A DNA stretch of 64,000 nt, from positions 4,526,001 to 4,590,000 of the forward strand of contig CM022665.1 in the NCBI GenBank assembly GCA_012295275.1, in the 5' to 3' direction. This document shows positions 11,295 to 23,286 of the stretch, one piece after another (positions within the stretch are counted from its first letter, which is position 1; each line of letters opens with the position of its first letter). Source of the DNA: Chrysomallon squamiferum (Eukaryota > Animalia > Mollusca). The notes below the pieces were generated by a model. It was not told where the DNA came from, did no database searches, and was given only the letters and a program-made list of their open reading frames with translations. A program made the translations under genes and the position numbers.

Positions 11295-12459
11295 ATGAGA
11301 ATTGCTTTCCTCTTTGTGCTCGTTGCGGTGTTTGCTGTTCTAAACCAGGGTGAAGCTTGGCGTCGGTTTCGTATTAGAATTCGATGGAGGCGAGTCAGAG
11401 ATTGGGCAAAACGTGCAGCTGTAAACTGGGCTCTAAAGAAAGCAGCAACATTGGCAGTAGCGGCTGCTGGAAAGCGAGGTATGTGTGCTCAATTTAGATT
11501 CTTCTTAAAATTAAATACGTTTTCTTTATTATTATGCGTCCATACTAGGTATTTCTTGTATATATTTTGAAACAGAAAGGTTACCATTGTCCCAAAACTT
11601 GTTTGACAGTGATTTTTATTCCAGCATCAAAGTTAAATTGAACCGAATATCTAAAAGGTTGATTTACGCTATCCTGTTTCTGCTTCACTATTAGTTGAGT
11701 CCTCTTATCCAGTGTATTGTGCATATACGAACATAAGACAGGAAATCTCATTTATAAGAAATTTATTTCAGATGTGTCTGGTCTTGACACGAACATGGAC
11801 GGATTCCTCGACAAAGAGGAACTTGAGAAAATAATGAGTGAACGAGACGTTGAGGATTTCATGGCTCTTGTTGACGAGAACGGTAAATTTATTCTTAATT
11901 TATGAGAAAAAAACTAATCAGGATTTGATTTAGCAACAACGGCGTTTAGCGAAATAATTTAATATATTAGTCCTGATAAGATCTGTTCTTCTAAACAAAT
12001 GACCTTGTTGGATTTTCAAAATAACAGCACAGAAAACATGATAATGATTTTCAGCATATCAAAGATGATTTTATTTATTGAAAGAGGGATTATGGAGAAG
12101 AAATTAAAGTAAAACAACCAAGTAAAATCTGTCATATAAAGTTCAACAACAGTCACTGTTTGAAATGATTGGCTTATGACCGCTGATAAAATTCTGAGAC
12201 AGATGTCTTATAGCCAGAGTGAATTTAAATTCAAGTAAAAAATAAAAATTCTGTGATTTAAAATGTAAATACCATTACAATATCCTTATGTCATATTTAA
12301 TATTTACTGACTTTAGGAAAAGGTTCGTGTTGTTGTTGTTAATTGTTGTGGCTGTTGTTGTTGTTGATGTTGTTGTTGTTATTATTATTACTAGGAAACT
12401 CTCAGATTACAACTGACGACTTTCAGAGAGTTGTCAGAGAACTGAACGAGATGCAATAG
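11295..12459 (+). CDS. Secreted cationic peptide/EF-hand precursor, subtype B copy 1 (119 aa)
   Basis: Exons 11295-11478, 11772-11882 and 12395-12459. Protein: MRIAFLFVLVAVFAVLNQGEA / WRRFRIRIRWRRVRDWAKRAAVNWALKKAATLAVAAA / GKR / DVSGLDTNMDGFLDKEELEKIMSERDVEDFMALVDENGNSQITTDDFQRVVRELNEMQ. 3'UTR intron 12469-12762; AATAAA at 12797 and 12810. Confidence 0.93.
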
Positions 12460-13354
12460 AAAGAAGAGGTTTGTTTACAATTAGAAAAATGTGTCTTTTA
12501 AAGTGTCTGCCTTCTTCTTCTTCTATTTCTTCTTCTTCTTCTTCTTCTTTCTTGTTTTTTGTTAATATTTGAAAACCAAAAAAGTCATATTGAACTGTCT
12601 GCCTTCTTCTTCTTCGTCATTTTATTATTATCAGTGTTGATTTACCATCGTTGTTATTCTTATTATTGTTATCATTCACAACTAAAATTCTTAATCAATT
12701 TTAAAACATTAAAATTCCTAAATATTTTATGATTTAATTACTTGTTTTATTTCTTTTAACAGACTGGACTCGAATAGAGAAAGGAAGGTTTATAAAAATA
12801 AATTATAACAATAAAATTGCAAATGTTTTAGTTTTTTGTTGATTTTTATTTGATTTTATATCTTTTATTCTTAGACAAATCGTAATATCTAGAAGGAGGT
12901 TTCAATAAATACTTTCATACACATATGAATCATGAAAACATAAATCGTTTGTGTTAGTTGTAAAAGCTCAACACTTAAACGTTTCTCTTTCAGATTCCAC
13001 AAATTATAAAGCTCCAGATGAAAAAAAAAAAAAAAAAAAATTATATATATTAAAAAAAAAAAAATTAAAGTAACAGAAAAGAAAAAAAAAAAAAGAAAAT
13101 ACGAGTTCTCTACGGTTAACACACTTCCATGTCAACAAATCGTTTTTTTTTTTTTTTTTTTTTTTTTTTCAGACTAAAACAAAACAAAAAACTATGCCTG
13201 AATATATATTTTTTATTATTCAGTTTGTGGGTTCTTTTTTTTATTTTACTAAAGATCTTCATGTTGTTTCGAGAATAATCTGTCAAAGAAAGAAATTGAC
13301 TGAAACACATAAATACTCAAATAAAGCATTTTAATAATAACAAAAAAAAAAAAA

Positions 13355-13436
<82 letters not shown>

Positions 13437-13850
13437 TTCATGTTCAAATAAACATAGTTTTGATAAATGTTAATATGGAAAAAATATAAAATCATAAAAA
13501 ATTCGCACCAAAACAGCAGAAGCAAATAAATTTAAAAAATAAGCAAAAACAAAACCTTTATGTACACCCATCGAACAAAAACCCTATGAAATAAATATCA
13601 AACAAACACAAAAACCATTTATTAAGCAGTCACTAATTATTATTATTTTTAAATAGTACAACAACAGCAACAAAAACAACAACAACAACAACAACCAATA
13701 ATAATAATAATTTAAAAAAATAATAACGATCACGATGATGATGGAAAATAACAATTTAAAAAAATCGAATAAAATAGTAAGAATAGTAACGGGTATTTTA
13801 AAAGAGACGTATCAATAAAAAAAATCAAATCAAACGAACCTCTTCTGTTT

Positions 13851-14710
13851 CTACTCCATTTCACTTAGATCTCTGACCATTCTCTGAAATTCGTCAGTCG
13901 TAATGTGTGCATTGTCTAAAACAAACAAACATAAATAAATTTTAATCTCCATTAAATATCAAATTTGAAAGAAAAAGAAGAAAAAAGTCATTACCCTTTA
14001 TTATTCATTTTAAATCACCTTAATCTTTACGGAAATAAAAATGAATATTTCAGATAGACACAGTTATTATTTTCTTTCTTTTTCAGAACTAATCTAATAT
14101 ATTTTTTCATTAAATAATTTAAATTTGTAATATCGTTTATGATTAATGGTAGATTTCTATTTCACGTTAAAAATAGGTTTACCTTCGTCAACAAGAGCCA
14201 ACAAATCCTCAGCATCTCGACGACTCATTATTTTCTCAAGTTCTTCTTGGTCTAAGAGTCCATCATTGTTGGTGTCGATCTCGGAAATATCTGAAACAAA
14301 TATATATTATACATAAATTAGAACTGTATTTTTACATAGAAAATATCAACTGACCTGACAGTTAAAGTTTACCTCTGACATTAGATTGTTCTTGAATTTT
14401 ATTTTTCATATCCTGATTCTGAAGCAAACGTGTACGACATAATTCTGTTCAGTAGCTAAAGATAAAAATTTTAAACTTTTTCCAGACTTAAATTTAACGT
14501 AAACTAAATAGATATCCCGTTCCAGTGCATACCTCGCTTCCCATTAGCAATCCAGTCTTTTCCTTTTCTGTAAGCCCAGTCTAGAGCTTTACGTTTTGCC
14601 CAATCTCTGACCCTTCTCCATCGGATTCTGATACGGAAACGACCCCAGGCATCAGCCTCGTTCAGGACAGCGAATACCGCTACGAGTACAAGGAGCAGGG
14701 CAACTCTCAT
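13851..14710 (-). CDS. Secreted cationic peptide/EF-hand precursor, subtype C copy 1 (116 aa)
   Basis: Exons 14710-14533, 14290-14183 and 13915-13851. Protein: MRVALLLVLVAVFAVLNEADA / WGRFRIRIRWRRVRDWAKRKALDWAYRKGKDWIAN / GKR / DISEIDTNNDGLLDQEELEKIMSRRDAEDLLALVDEDNAHITTDEFQRMVRDLSEME. The last (UTR) exon starts at 13279. Confidence 0.93.
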
Positions 14711-15005
14711 CTGAAGAAGAACAAAATACGTTTTAGAACATCTCACAGTCCAGTAGATTCTGAAGGTCAAAATTAAATACTATCTGAAGGTCAACAATAT
14801 ATTCGACCTATTGTTCTCATCTGAAGAAGACATTTTTTTATTTCATTAGAAATTTTTTCATTTTGTCAATCGCTCTTTTCGCGTTTTCTTTCCTTTCTTT
14901 GTACAATCTAGAGAACAATATTAATATTCTCAGTTTGTAATGAGGAAATGATAAATAAACAAAGACTTTTTTTTTTAACAGATCTGAAAAATAATGTATT
15001 CTTGT

Positions 15006-15123
<118 letters not shown>

Positions 15124-15201
15124 AGTGGTAAATAAGTAAATTTCTCTATTTTAAACGCAGTATCGTATATTTAGTGTTAAAGAATTAAAACTATGTCTTA
15201 C

Positions 15202-15399
15202 CTTTAAGTCTGAAATCGGTTATTCAGGTAAAGACTGAATAAAAATGTTACATGCTCGGTATATTTATATTATACTGGTGTTGTTATTTTCACATAGACC
15301 AGAGAGAAAGAGTGTGAGAACATTTCACGGTGACCATCCTCTAAAACAGTTTTGTGAGAAAATTATTAATGTCAAGATCCTGTTAAGACAATCTGTTGC
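15202..15399 (-). promoter_or_regulatory. C1 core promoter and non-coding exon 1
   Basis: Motif GCAACAGATTGTCTTAACAGGA (15399-15378), TATAAA (15269-15264), exon ending AAAG|GTAAGA at 15202. Same in C2 (TATA 38726-38721) and C3 (59274-59269). Confidence 0.72.
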
Positions 15400-16327
15400 G
15401 ACTGGTGAATTAATACGGTCACGTTACCGAAGGCGATGTTTTATAAACTATTTCCAGAATTATTAGAGCAGACAGAAGTAAATATTTTACTGGACATAAT
15501 GATAAATGAATTATTTCTAATATTAGAGGGACACATATAAATATAACATATTATTCTTGTTCTGTTTTCCTTTCATCGCTAGATGCCTTATTATTAATTT
15601 TTGTTTTCTTATTGTAATACAAATTACAGAATTTATAATGTAGAAAGGGTGGTTAAGGTACCTGTTTGATGGGCTAACAAACCAGATTTTGAGCAGGATT
15701 ATTTTTTCTTTTGTTATTTCTTTTATTTCTTTCATTCTTTTGTTCTTGTTGTTGTTTTGGTGTTCCTATTTACTTTTTTTCTTTCTTTGTCGTATATTAA
15801 ATGAATATGATAAGACATATATTTCTAGTAGCACGATTTCATATTGTATATTCGACTAGTCTTGAAGAAAATTTTAAATCAAAACCAGAAAAATGATTAT
15901 TTAGAAGAAAGAGAAAAAAATAAGATAAAACTGTATTCATTTTGAAGTAGATTAGTTTCTGTTATTCAAAGATTTATGTTTTCGGCTGGAACTATTTTGA
16001 ATATCCAAATATATTAAAACCAATTAATACAATTCTGATAAGGAAAATAAAAACAAAAAATGCTTTTCATGAAAGAATTAGAAGCTGTGTTCTACATTGT
16101 ATGTTATATGTCTGTATGTATACGTGTGTTTTTATAAATATTCTTCTGTGTAATAATAAATAGGTTGACAACAGTAGAATTAACAGGAACATAAATATGG
16201 ATAAGTAAATTATTAATAAATACAGTTTTGACAATTTAGAAAAAAAATCGTATGAAAATTATTTCGAGATTTGTATACAGAAAGTCTTGTTCAGTAACGT
16301 GACAATTTTGCCTTAAACTATTAATTA

Positions 16328-16483
16328 GCAACAGATTGTTTTAACAGGATCTTTGTATTGATGTTTTCACACTTACTTCTTGATCAAAGCAGAAACAAAA
16401 TCACCAATTTAGTATAAATGGATGGGCTGCTATAACTGTTTTATTCGCTTTTATTTGTTCAGGAATCAGTTTACAGTTCAAAG
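16328..16483 (+). promoter_or_regulatory. D1 core promoter and non-coding exon 1
   Basis: Motif GCAACAGATTGTTTTAACAGGA (16328-16349), TATAAA at 16413, donor AAAG|GTAAGA at 16483/16484. Same in D2 (TATA 25631) and D3 (39825). Confidence 0.75.
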
Positions 16484-16819
16484 GTAAGAACTATTTATAT
16501 ATTTTTCATTTGTTCTCCAGAAAAATTGTTACGTTGCAAAATATAATAGGTTTATCATTATGTTTGATCCATACGCATATTTCTTGAATATTTGAATATA
16601 TAACTAATGATGGGAAACTGTTAATGCATATATTAAGTCATAAGTCATAAGTATACATATCATTTTTCTCCAAAAAGATGTGAATCGTATATAAACTCTG
16701 CTGCAGTATTTTAAATAACAGATTTCAGCAAAGTAAAAGGAAATTAACTTGTCTTGAAATATCTCAAGTAAGCTGAGCTAATCTTCTGGTTTTAAAATAA
16801 ACTCCTGATTCTTCTTCAG

Positions 16820-18184
16820 ATGAGAATTGCTCTGCTTTTTGTTCTCGTTGCGGTGTTTGCTGTTCTAAACCAGGGCGATGCTTGGGGTCGGTTTCGAGTC
16901 AGAATTCGATGGAGGCGAGTCAGAGATTGGGCAAAACGTGCAGCTGTAAACTGGGCTGCACAGAAAGCTGCAACATGGGCATTAGCTGCTGCTGGAAAGC
17001 GAGGTGCGTATTCAGTCGATATTCCTATTCAAATTTTCTTTATTATTAAGTGTCCATCCTTGATTTCTTCTGTAAACACATTGTCAGAGAAAATAATAAA
17101 TATTCCGCTTCGAAAGATTGTTTGACAGTGATTTCTGTTTCCGCATGAAAAGGAAACTTTACCAGAGACGTTAATTAAAAATGAAGAATATTTTGATTCT
17201 ACTTAACAGCCGGTAGGATGCTCGTGTCCACTTTGTTCATGTACATGTTGGTTATTAAGGAAATCAGATTTTAATGAAATTTATTTCAGATGTTTCTGAT
17301 CTTGACACCAACATGGACGGATTCCTCGACAAAGAGGAACTTGAGAAAATAATGAGTGAACGAGACGTTGAGGATTTCATGGATCTTGTTGACGAACACG
17401 GTAAATTGTTTCTGTTTTGAAAGGAAAATAATCAGGATTTAATTTGTCATCAAAACCCTTTAATAAAATAATTTAATATATCAGTAGGAAAATGAACCTT
17501 TAGTTTAGAAAACAAAGTAATTTAGAGAAAAATATTAGAGTCAAATTATTTATGAACATAGTAATTTCATTCTGACCTGAACAATTTTTCCAAATGAAAC
17601 ACATAGGACTAAATGTCTATTGATGACAAGACCTGTTTCACTAAATTTACTTGGATTTTCAAAATAGTTACAGCTGAAAAAATAAATATGCCTATTTTAA
17701 AATCTTAGTGGAGACTGTCAACGTGCTCGACTGAAGATGAACAAATGTTTTACAAATAAATTGTCGATAGTATTGTATTCAGTCTAAATGTAAGAACAAT
17801 ACACTGATAATTATTGTCATCATATCAAAGATGATTTTGTGAATTTAAATAGGTAATACGTAGAACAAAGTCTTAAGTAAAATCTGTCCTATAAAGTTCG
17901 ACAAAACTGTCACTGTTTGATGTGACTGGCTTGTGATGCTGATAAAATTCTCAAAGAAATGTGTAACTGGCTGACAAATTTAAATTCAAATTTATGATTT
18001 AAAATGTAAATACCATTATAATTTCCTTATGTCATATTTATATTTAATATTTGATGACTTTAAGAAAAGGTTCGTGTTGTTGCTGTTATTGTTGTTGTTG
18101 TTATTGTTATTATTACTAGGAAACTCTCAGATTACAACTGACGACTTTCAGAGAGTTGTCAGAGAACTGAACGATATGCAATAA
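16820..18184 (+). CDS. Secreted cationic peptide/EF-hand precursor, subtype D copy 1 (119 aa)
   Basis: Exons 16820-17003, 17290-17400 and 18120-18184. Protein: MRIALLFVLVAVFAVLNQGDA / WGRFRVRIRWRRVRDWAKRAAVNWAAQKAATWALAAA / GKR / DVSDLDTNMDGFLDKEELEKIMSERDVEDFMDLVDEHGNSQITTDDFQRVVRELNDMQ. The UTR exon starts at 18627. Confidence 0.93.
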
Positions 18185-18235
18185 AAAGAAGAGGTTTGTT
18201 TGAAATTAGAAAAATGTGTCTTTTCAAAGTGTCTG

Positions 18236-18336
18236 TCTTCTTCTTCTTCTTCTTCTTCTTCTTCTTCTTCTTCTTGTTCTTCTTCTTCTTCTTGTTGTTC
18301 TATTTTTTGTTCTTGTCCTTGTTGTTGTTGTTGTTT

Positions 18337-18371
<35 letters not shown>

Positions 18372-18403
18372 CTTCTTCTTCTTCTTCTTCTTCTTTTTTA
18401 TTA

Positions 18404-18455
<52 letters not shown>
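18236..18455. repeat. Compound (CTT)n(GTT)n(CTT)n(ATT)n microsatellite in the 3'UTR intron of D1
   Basis: Read directly; shorter versions lie at the same position in other B/D copies. Confidence 0.9.
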
Positions 18456-18457
<2 letters not shown>

Positions 18458-18887
18458 CTGTTTGTTAATATTTGAAAACATTCGGTCATTTTGAACTGTC
18501 TCACTTCTTCTTCTTCGTCCTTTTCTTAGTACCAGTGTTATTATTCTAAAATTCTTAATCATTTTTGAAACATTAAAATTCCTAAACATTTTATGATTTT
18601 ATTTCTTGTTTTCTTTCTTTTATCAGATTGGACTCGAATAGAGAAAGGAAGATTTATAAAAATAAATTAAAACAATAAAATTAGAAATGTTTTTGTTTTT
18701 GTTGATTCATACTTAATTTAATATCTTTTATTCTCAGAAAAAATTGTAATTCCTAGAAGCAGGTTTCAATCAATGCTTTTGTACCAACATAAACGAGCGG
18801 AACAGATATCGTTTGTGTTAGTTGTAAAATGTCAATATGAGCTAATTTTCATGTAGACAATTTTTAACAGCCAGGGACGAATCATTA

Positions 18888-18965
18888 TTTAGGTAAGGGA
18901 AGGATTTCCGAAACAATGTGTAAATGTTTAGGTAAGGGGGGGATTTCCGAAACAATGTGTAAAAG
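18888..18965. repeat. 39-bp direct tandem duplication (2 copies)
   Basis: tttaggtaagggRRggatttccgaaacaatgtgtaaaWg occurs twice. Confidence 0.85.
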
Positions 18966-19933
18966 TTTATAATTTGTAATTAAGATTTTGCACAATACTA
19001 AGAGAAAAAAGAGAAAATAAACTTTTACTTTGCTTTGATTCTTTGTAATGTAGTATCCTCAAAGAATGCTGTTTCAGCATCTTGCTCGCCGGTTTGTGCT
19101 CATGATATCAAGGGAAGCTACTCCATCATAAGATATTTTAGCCAACGTATTTTTTTCGTACACAGCAAATCCATTAGGCAGGCTTTTTCTCAGTCGTTGT
19201 GAATGAAAGAGTAAACGAGAGGATACACAGACATGTGGACATCAGATTTGTTTTATTTTAATTTTTTACGTTTGCAAGACGTGCAAGCAGGAACCCCACT
19301 GATAGTCTGCGTCCTGCAAATGTAAAGAGAAGATACGTACAAGCAGGAAATGTAATTCTTCCTTCAATTTGTTTAGTGAAAACAAATACACGTCTTCTTA
19401 CTTATGTGCTATTTGCTCAGTATTTTGAAACCAGTTGTTATAGGTGGAAAGATAACACGATGTTTGTGTGATTGTACTGTTAACAAGATACGAAATAACA
19501 CGTTCAGAAAGTTAGTTATTGTTAACTGATCTAACAATATCCTGTTTCGTATTATTCAACGAATCACAAGTAATATAGACTTATAATTTAACAGACTAAA
19601 AGTTTACAAAAACGGTTTGTTAAATCGCAAAGTGTTATGAAATATCAATATTTTAATGCTGCAGCATAGCAGTTTAAATAACATTTTATATTAAAAGATA
19701 CAATATTTATTTCTTAAACATTCATTACTGGAGGTAGGGATCGAGTATTGTGTCACGTATGGAAAACATCCATTGTTCCAGTGATATTGAACAGCTTGCT
19801 GCCGACCTACAATAATTAGTCTACCAACGTCCACTGAAACTAAGTTGACATAAGCCGTAAAATAATGGATTTATTAAGTGTCACTTAATTCACAGTTCTA
19901 TGAATTCACCGTCAACACAGACAAGAAAAAACA

Positions 19934-20189
19934 GGTGGTGTGGTGTGATGTGTCACTGGAACCTTGCATATGTAAATCCAATGCTGCTAATTTATGATCA
20001 GGACTGTCCCATGATTTATCGCCAACAGAGGATCTTTGGGATTACCTTGGTCAACGCATCTCACGTCGTCCACAGATAAAAAAGCAGGAAAACATCAGGA
20101 GTGGAATGCTGGCTTGCAGAGGAGTATTAGCACTCACATTAAGTCGATGAGAAGACGATAATTAAGATGGTGGTCATACGAGATATTAA
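19934..20189 (+). mobile_element. Decayed Tc1/mariner transposase 3' fragment
   Basis: Translates to LSHDLSPTEDLWDYLGQRISRRPQ (compare Tc1 SPDLNPIEHLW), then QEWNA, IKSMRRR and the characteristic terminus GGHTRY* at 20169-20189. Frameshifted and internally deleted. Confidence 0.75.
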
Positions 20190-20778
20190 TTTTCTATGGT
20201 GTCTTTAATACGTAACGTATTAAAAATAATCACAGATTGTGCATCCTGTTTTATTTGTCATTATTAGACATCCGTCTATCGTTGTTTACAGAAACAAAAT
20301 CTATTTCTCCAATATACTTTTCCAAAACAAACTCTTCTTGTTGATGCATTTTCACGCGCGCGTGTGTGTGTGTGTGCGCATGCGTGCGCGACAGGTGTTG
20401 TTTAGTTGAAACCAACAGAAGTAAGAAGAACGCATATTAGAGTAGGAAAAGTATTAATAAACACATTTCTGCCTCAACAAAATCGCCATGTTTTGCTAAA
20501 TTGAAACAAAATAATGAAATAATTATAGTACTCCTTAACGTTTGAACTAAACTGTAGATGATTTATTTATGCACACACAGACACATGTACAGACAGTATG
20601 ATGTATCTGATTTCTACAAAACATATTATTGACGAATGTCTTTAACTCTGTTCGTGGGTAAGTCTCATTTAAACCATTCTCTTTAGGTTTCCATTGATCA
20701 TAAAGCTACAGAGTAATAATAATAATGATGATGATGATGATGGTGATGACGACGATGATGATGTTCATGGAGCCAAAG

Positions 20779-20954
20779 TACGGGTTGGTTCCAGTCTCAG
20801 TGAGCCACACCCACTGGTTGTGAGAGCGAGAAGAGGAAGCTCAGTGGATTTAAGCGGGATTTTGAACATAGAACGATCAAGATACGCCATGAATCAAGAA
20901 CGTCTTACTCAGTTCATGCAGAATTTGTCACTAAGTAAAACCACCATTGACTAA
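20779..20954 (+). pseudogene. Duplicated 3' fragment of ORF2 (last ~57 codons)
   Basis: Near-identical to 6939-7114 and continues into the same 3' flank. No 5' portion; joined to a (GAT)n tract. Confidence 0.88.
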
Positions 20955-22335
20955 GAGCGATGTTCTAATTAGTTGTATGTGTAAACAAAGGACGAGGTAG
21001 TTTGTTATCTTTTACGTTCCATTAGACGTTAATATTTTATAAATATACGCTGTGGAAGAACTGAGGACTGCGACAAATACAGCTTTAAGATAAAGTAGCA
21101 TTGTACGTTGATAAACATTTTAAACGAACACATCTTACTTTGCAAATTGTTAGCATGTTTCTCTGTATTAAATCACTATCTCTGTTTTCTCTGTAAAATT
21201 GTAATAAGCTTTTATCAGGAATTTAAAGAAACAAAAACAAAAACATTCTTAATTATTTGTTGTGTTTTCTTTTCTGGTTACATTATTATTCTTATCATCA
21301 TCATCATCATCATCATCATTATTATCATCATAATCATCATCACTTATTATTATTATTATTATTATATATTTTCAAAAATACATATATCATTCTGATATCC
21401 GGTATGTTTACATGCACTTGCTGACGTTCTTCACCAAAATGCACATGAAATTTATGAAATACATAGTACTACAAAAGAGGTCAGTCTATGATATATGTAA
21501 AATTATTAAATAAGTTAATGTAAAATATACCATAAACCAGTGTACACTTGAAACCTTATTGATTGTCTACAATCATGATCCTAGAGACTGTGTTTAAGTT
21601 CTTATTGTGTTCATTAGAAAAACGATTCTCAGCTAATGTTATTTATTGATAATAGACTTGTTGAATTTCGATTTATTTTTGCTTATTCTAAATACACTTA
21701 ATATTCCTTTAAGGAAAAAAAAAAAAAAAAGCACAGAAAACAATATTTATTCAAATAAAACATTTTCATTTCTTCTTCTTCATTTATTTATTTATTTCGA
21801 TTTTTTTTTTTAAATTATTCATTTATTTTTTAAATATTTTATATTTATTTATTTTATTTATTTACATATTTATTTATTTGTTTCTTTGTTTGTTTGTTTG
21901 AGTTTAAGTGTTTCACGACTGCTGTACTCACTAAATGAAAAAAAGAAATATACACGTTGAAAAATAAAAGCTTTTATTATCAGTTTATAAGATCATAATT
22001 TGATCGTTTCATTATTATTTTGATGACTCTTTTCATGATCATACTGTCGTAACTTCTGTAAGAGAAAGAGTGTAAAAGGTAATTAAATGTAAAATCACAA
22101 AATAATAAGAACTTTTTAAAAAGTATACATTAAGACTACATTTCTGTTAGTTTTATATTTTCGAAGTACGTATACTTTTTTCCTTTCTTTCTTTTTATAT
22201 TCTTACTCCATTTTTTTTTTGCTGTTTGAAAGATCTAAACAAAATAAATAGTACTACATTAAACAGTCTTTAATAAGAGTTATATATATATAAAAAATAT
22301 ATAAATCAGCAATCAAATACAAACCTCTTTTTTTA

Positions 22336-23286
22336 TTATTCCATTTCATTCAGTTCACGGAGCATTCGCTGGAAGTCATCAGTAGAGATCTCAGAGTTTC
22401 CTGAAAAAAAGAAAGAAAAAGAATACATACATATATATATATATATAACAACATGACTAACACTAGATCATTTTGTACGAATTATATTAACTGTTCGTTA
22501 CGCATTAAAGCTTTTACGAAAATAATTAAATATTCACCAAGTTTATCATTTTTACTTGTGTGTTAAATAACTTCTGTGCAATCTGCTCTATCTTAAAAAC
22601 CTTTCGATCCTACTGACACATTAGGGTTTTTTTTTAATTTAATTTTATTTTTCCTTAATGCTGCTAATTGGAGAGTGAAAATGTTTCTAGTTTTTGATTA
22701 CCTTCCTCGCCAATAAACTCCATGAAATCATCAGCGTCTCGTCGACTCATTATTTGTTCAAGTTCTTCATGGTTCAGGATTCCGTCCATGTTCGTGTCGA
22801 TCTCCGAAATATCTGTAACAAATAGCTAAAGTCTCAAGTTTTATTTATATAATTTTATTAATAAACGACGCTTTTATTACAAGAATTTGTCGAACCATAA
22901 TCAAACAGAATATATTGAGACCATTTTAAATGTTGTAGAGAATACTTTGTATGCATACATTGTATCTCTCTAGTTTTCCACAAGCGCGCGCACGCACGCA
23001 CACACACACACTCACAGACAAGCACACACACACATATGTAAATACTGAAGAATATTTATTTATTTTTAACAAGAACTAAAGCTAAAACTATTTTAGAAAA
23101 CCAACCTCGTTTTCCTTGGCTTGCAAGCCAGTCCTTTGCCTTCCTCTTAGCCCAGTCTAAAGCTTGACGTTTTGCCCAGTCCCTGACTCGCCTCCATCTG
23201 ATTCGAATACGAAACCGACGCCAAGCATCGCTCTCGTTTAGAAAACAGAATGCCGCTACGAGTACAAGAAGCAGAGCAAGTTTCAT
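22336..23286 (-). CDS. Precursor subtype A copy 2 (118 aa)
   Basis: Exons 23286-23106, 22812-22702 and 22400-22336; same protein as A1; splice sites intact. Confidence 0.92.

Noticed and set aside
11717-11905. Stand-alone 62-aa EF-hand ORFs (also 35586 and 53682)
   Set aside because: These are exon 3 of the B genes with flanking intron, and their starts are non-ATG.
18148-18504. Poly-Q/E/I and poly-S/C ORFs
   Set aside because: Compound trinucleotide repeat inside a 3'UTR intron.
20694-20954. 86-aa ORF as an independent gene
   Set aside because: TTG start, a microsatellite-derived poly-D N-terminus and a duplicated ORF2 tail; the sister copy at 30293 is frameshifted.
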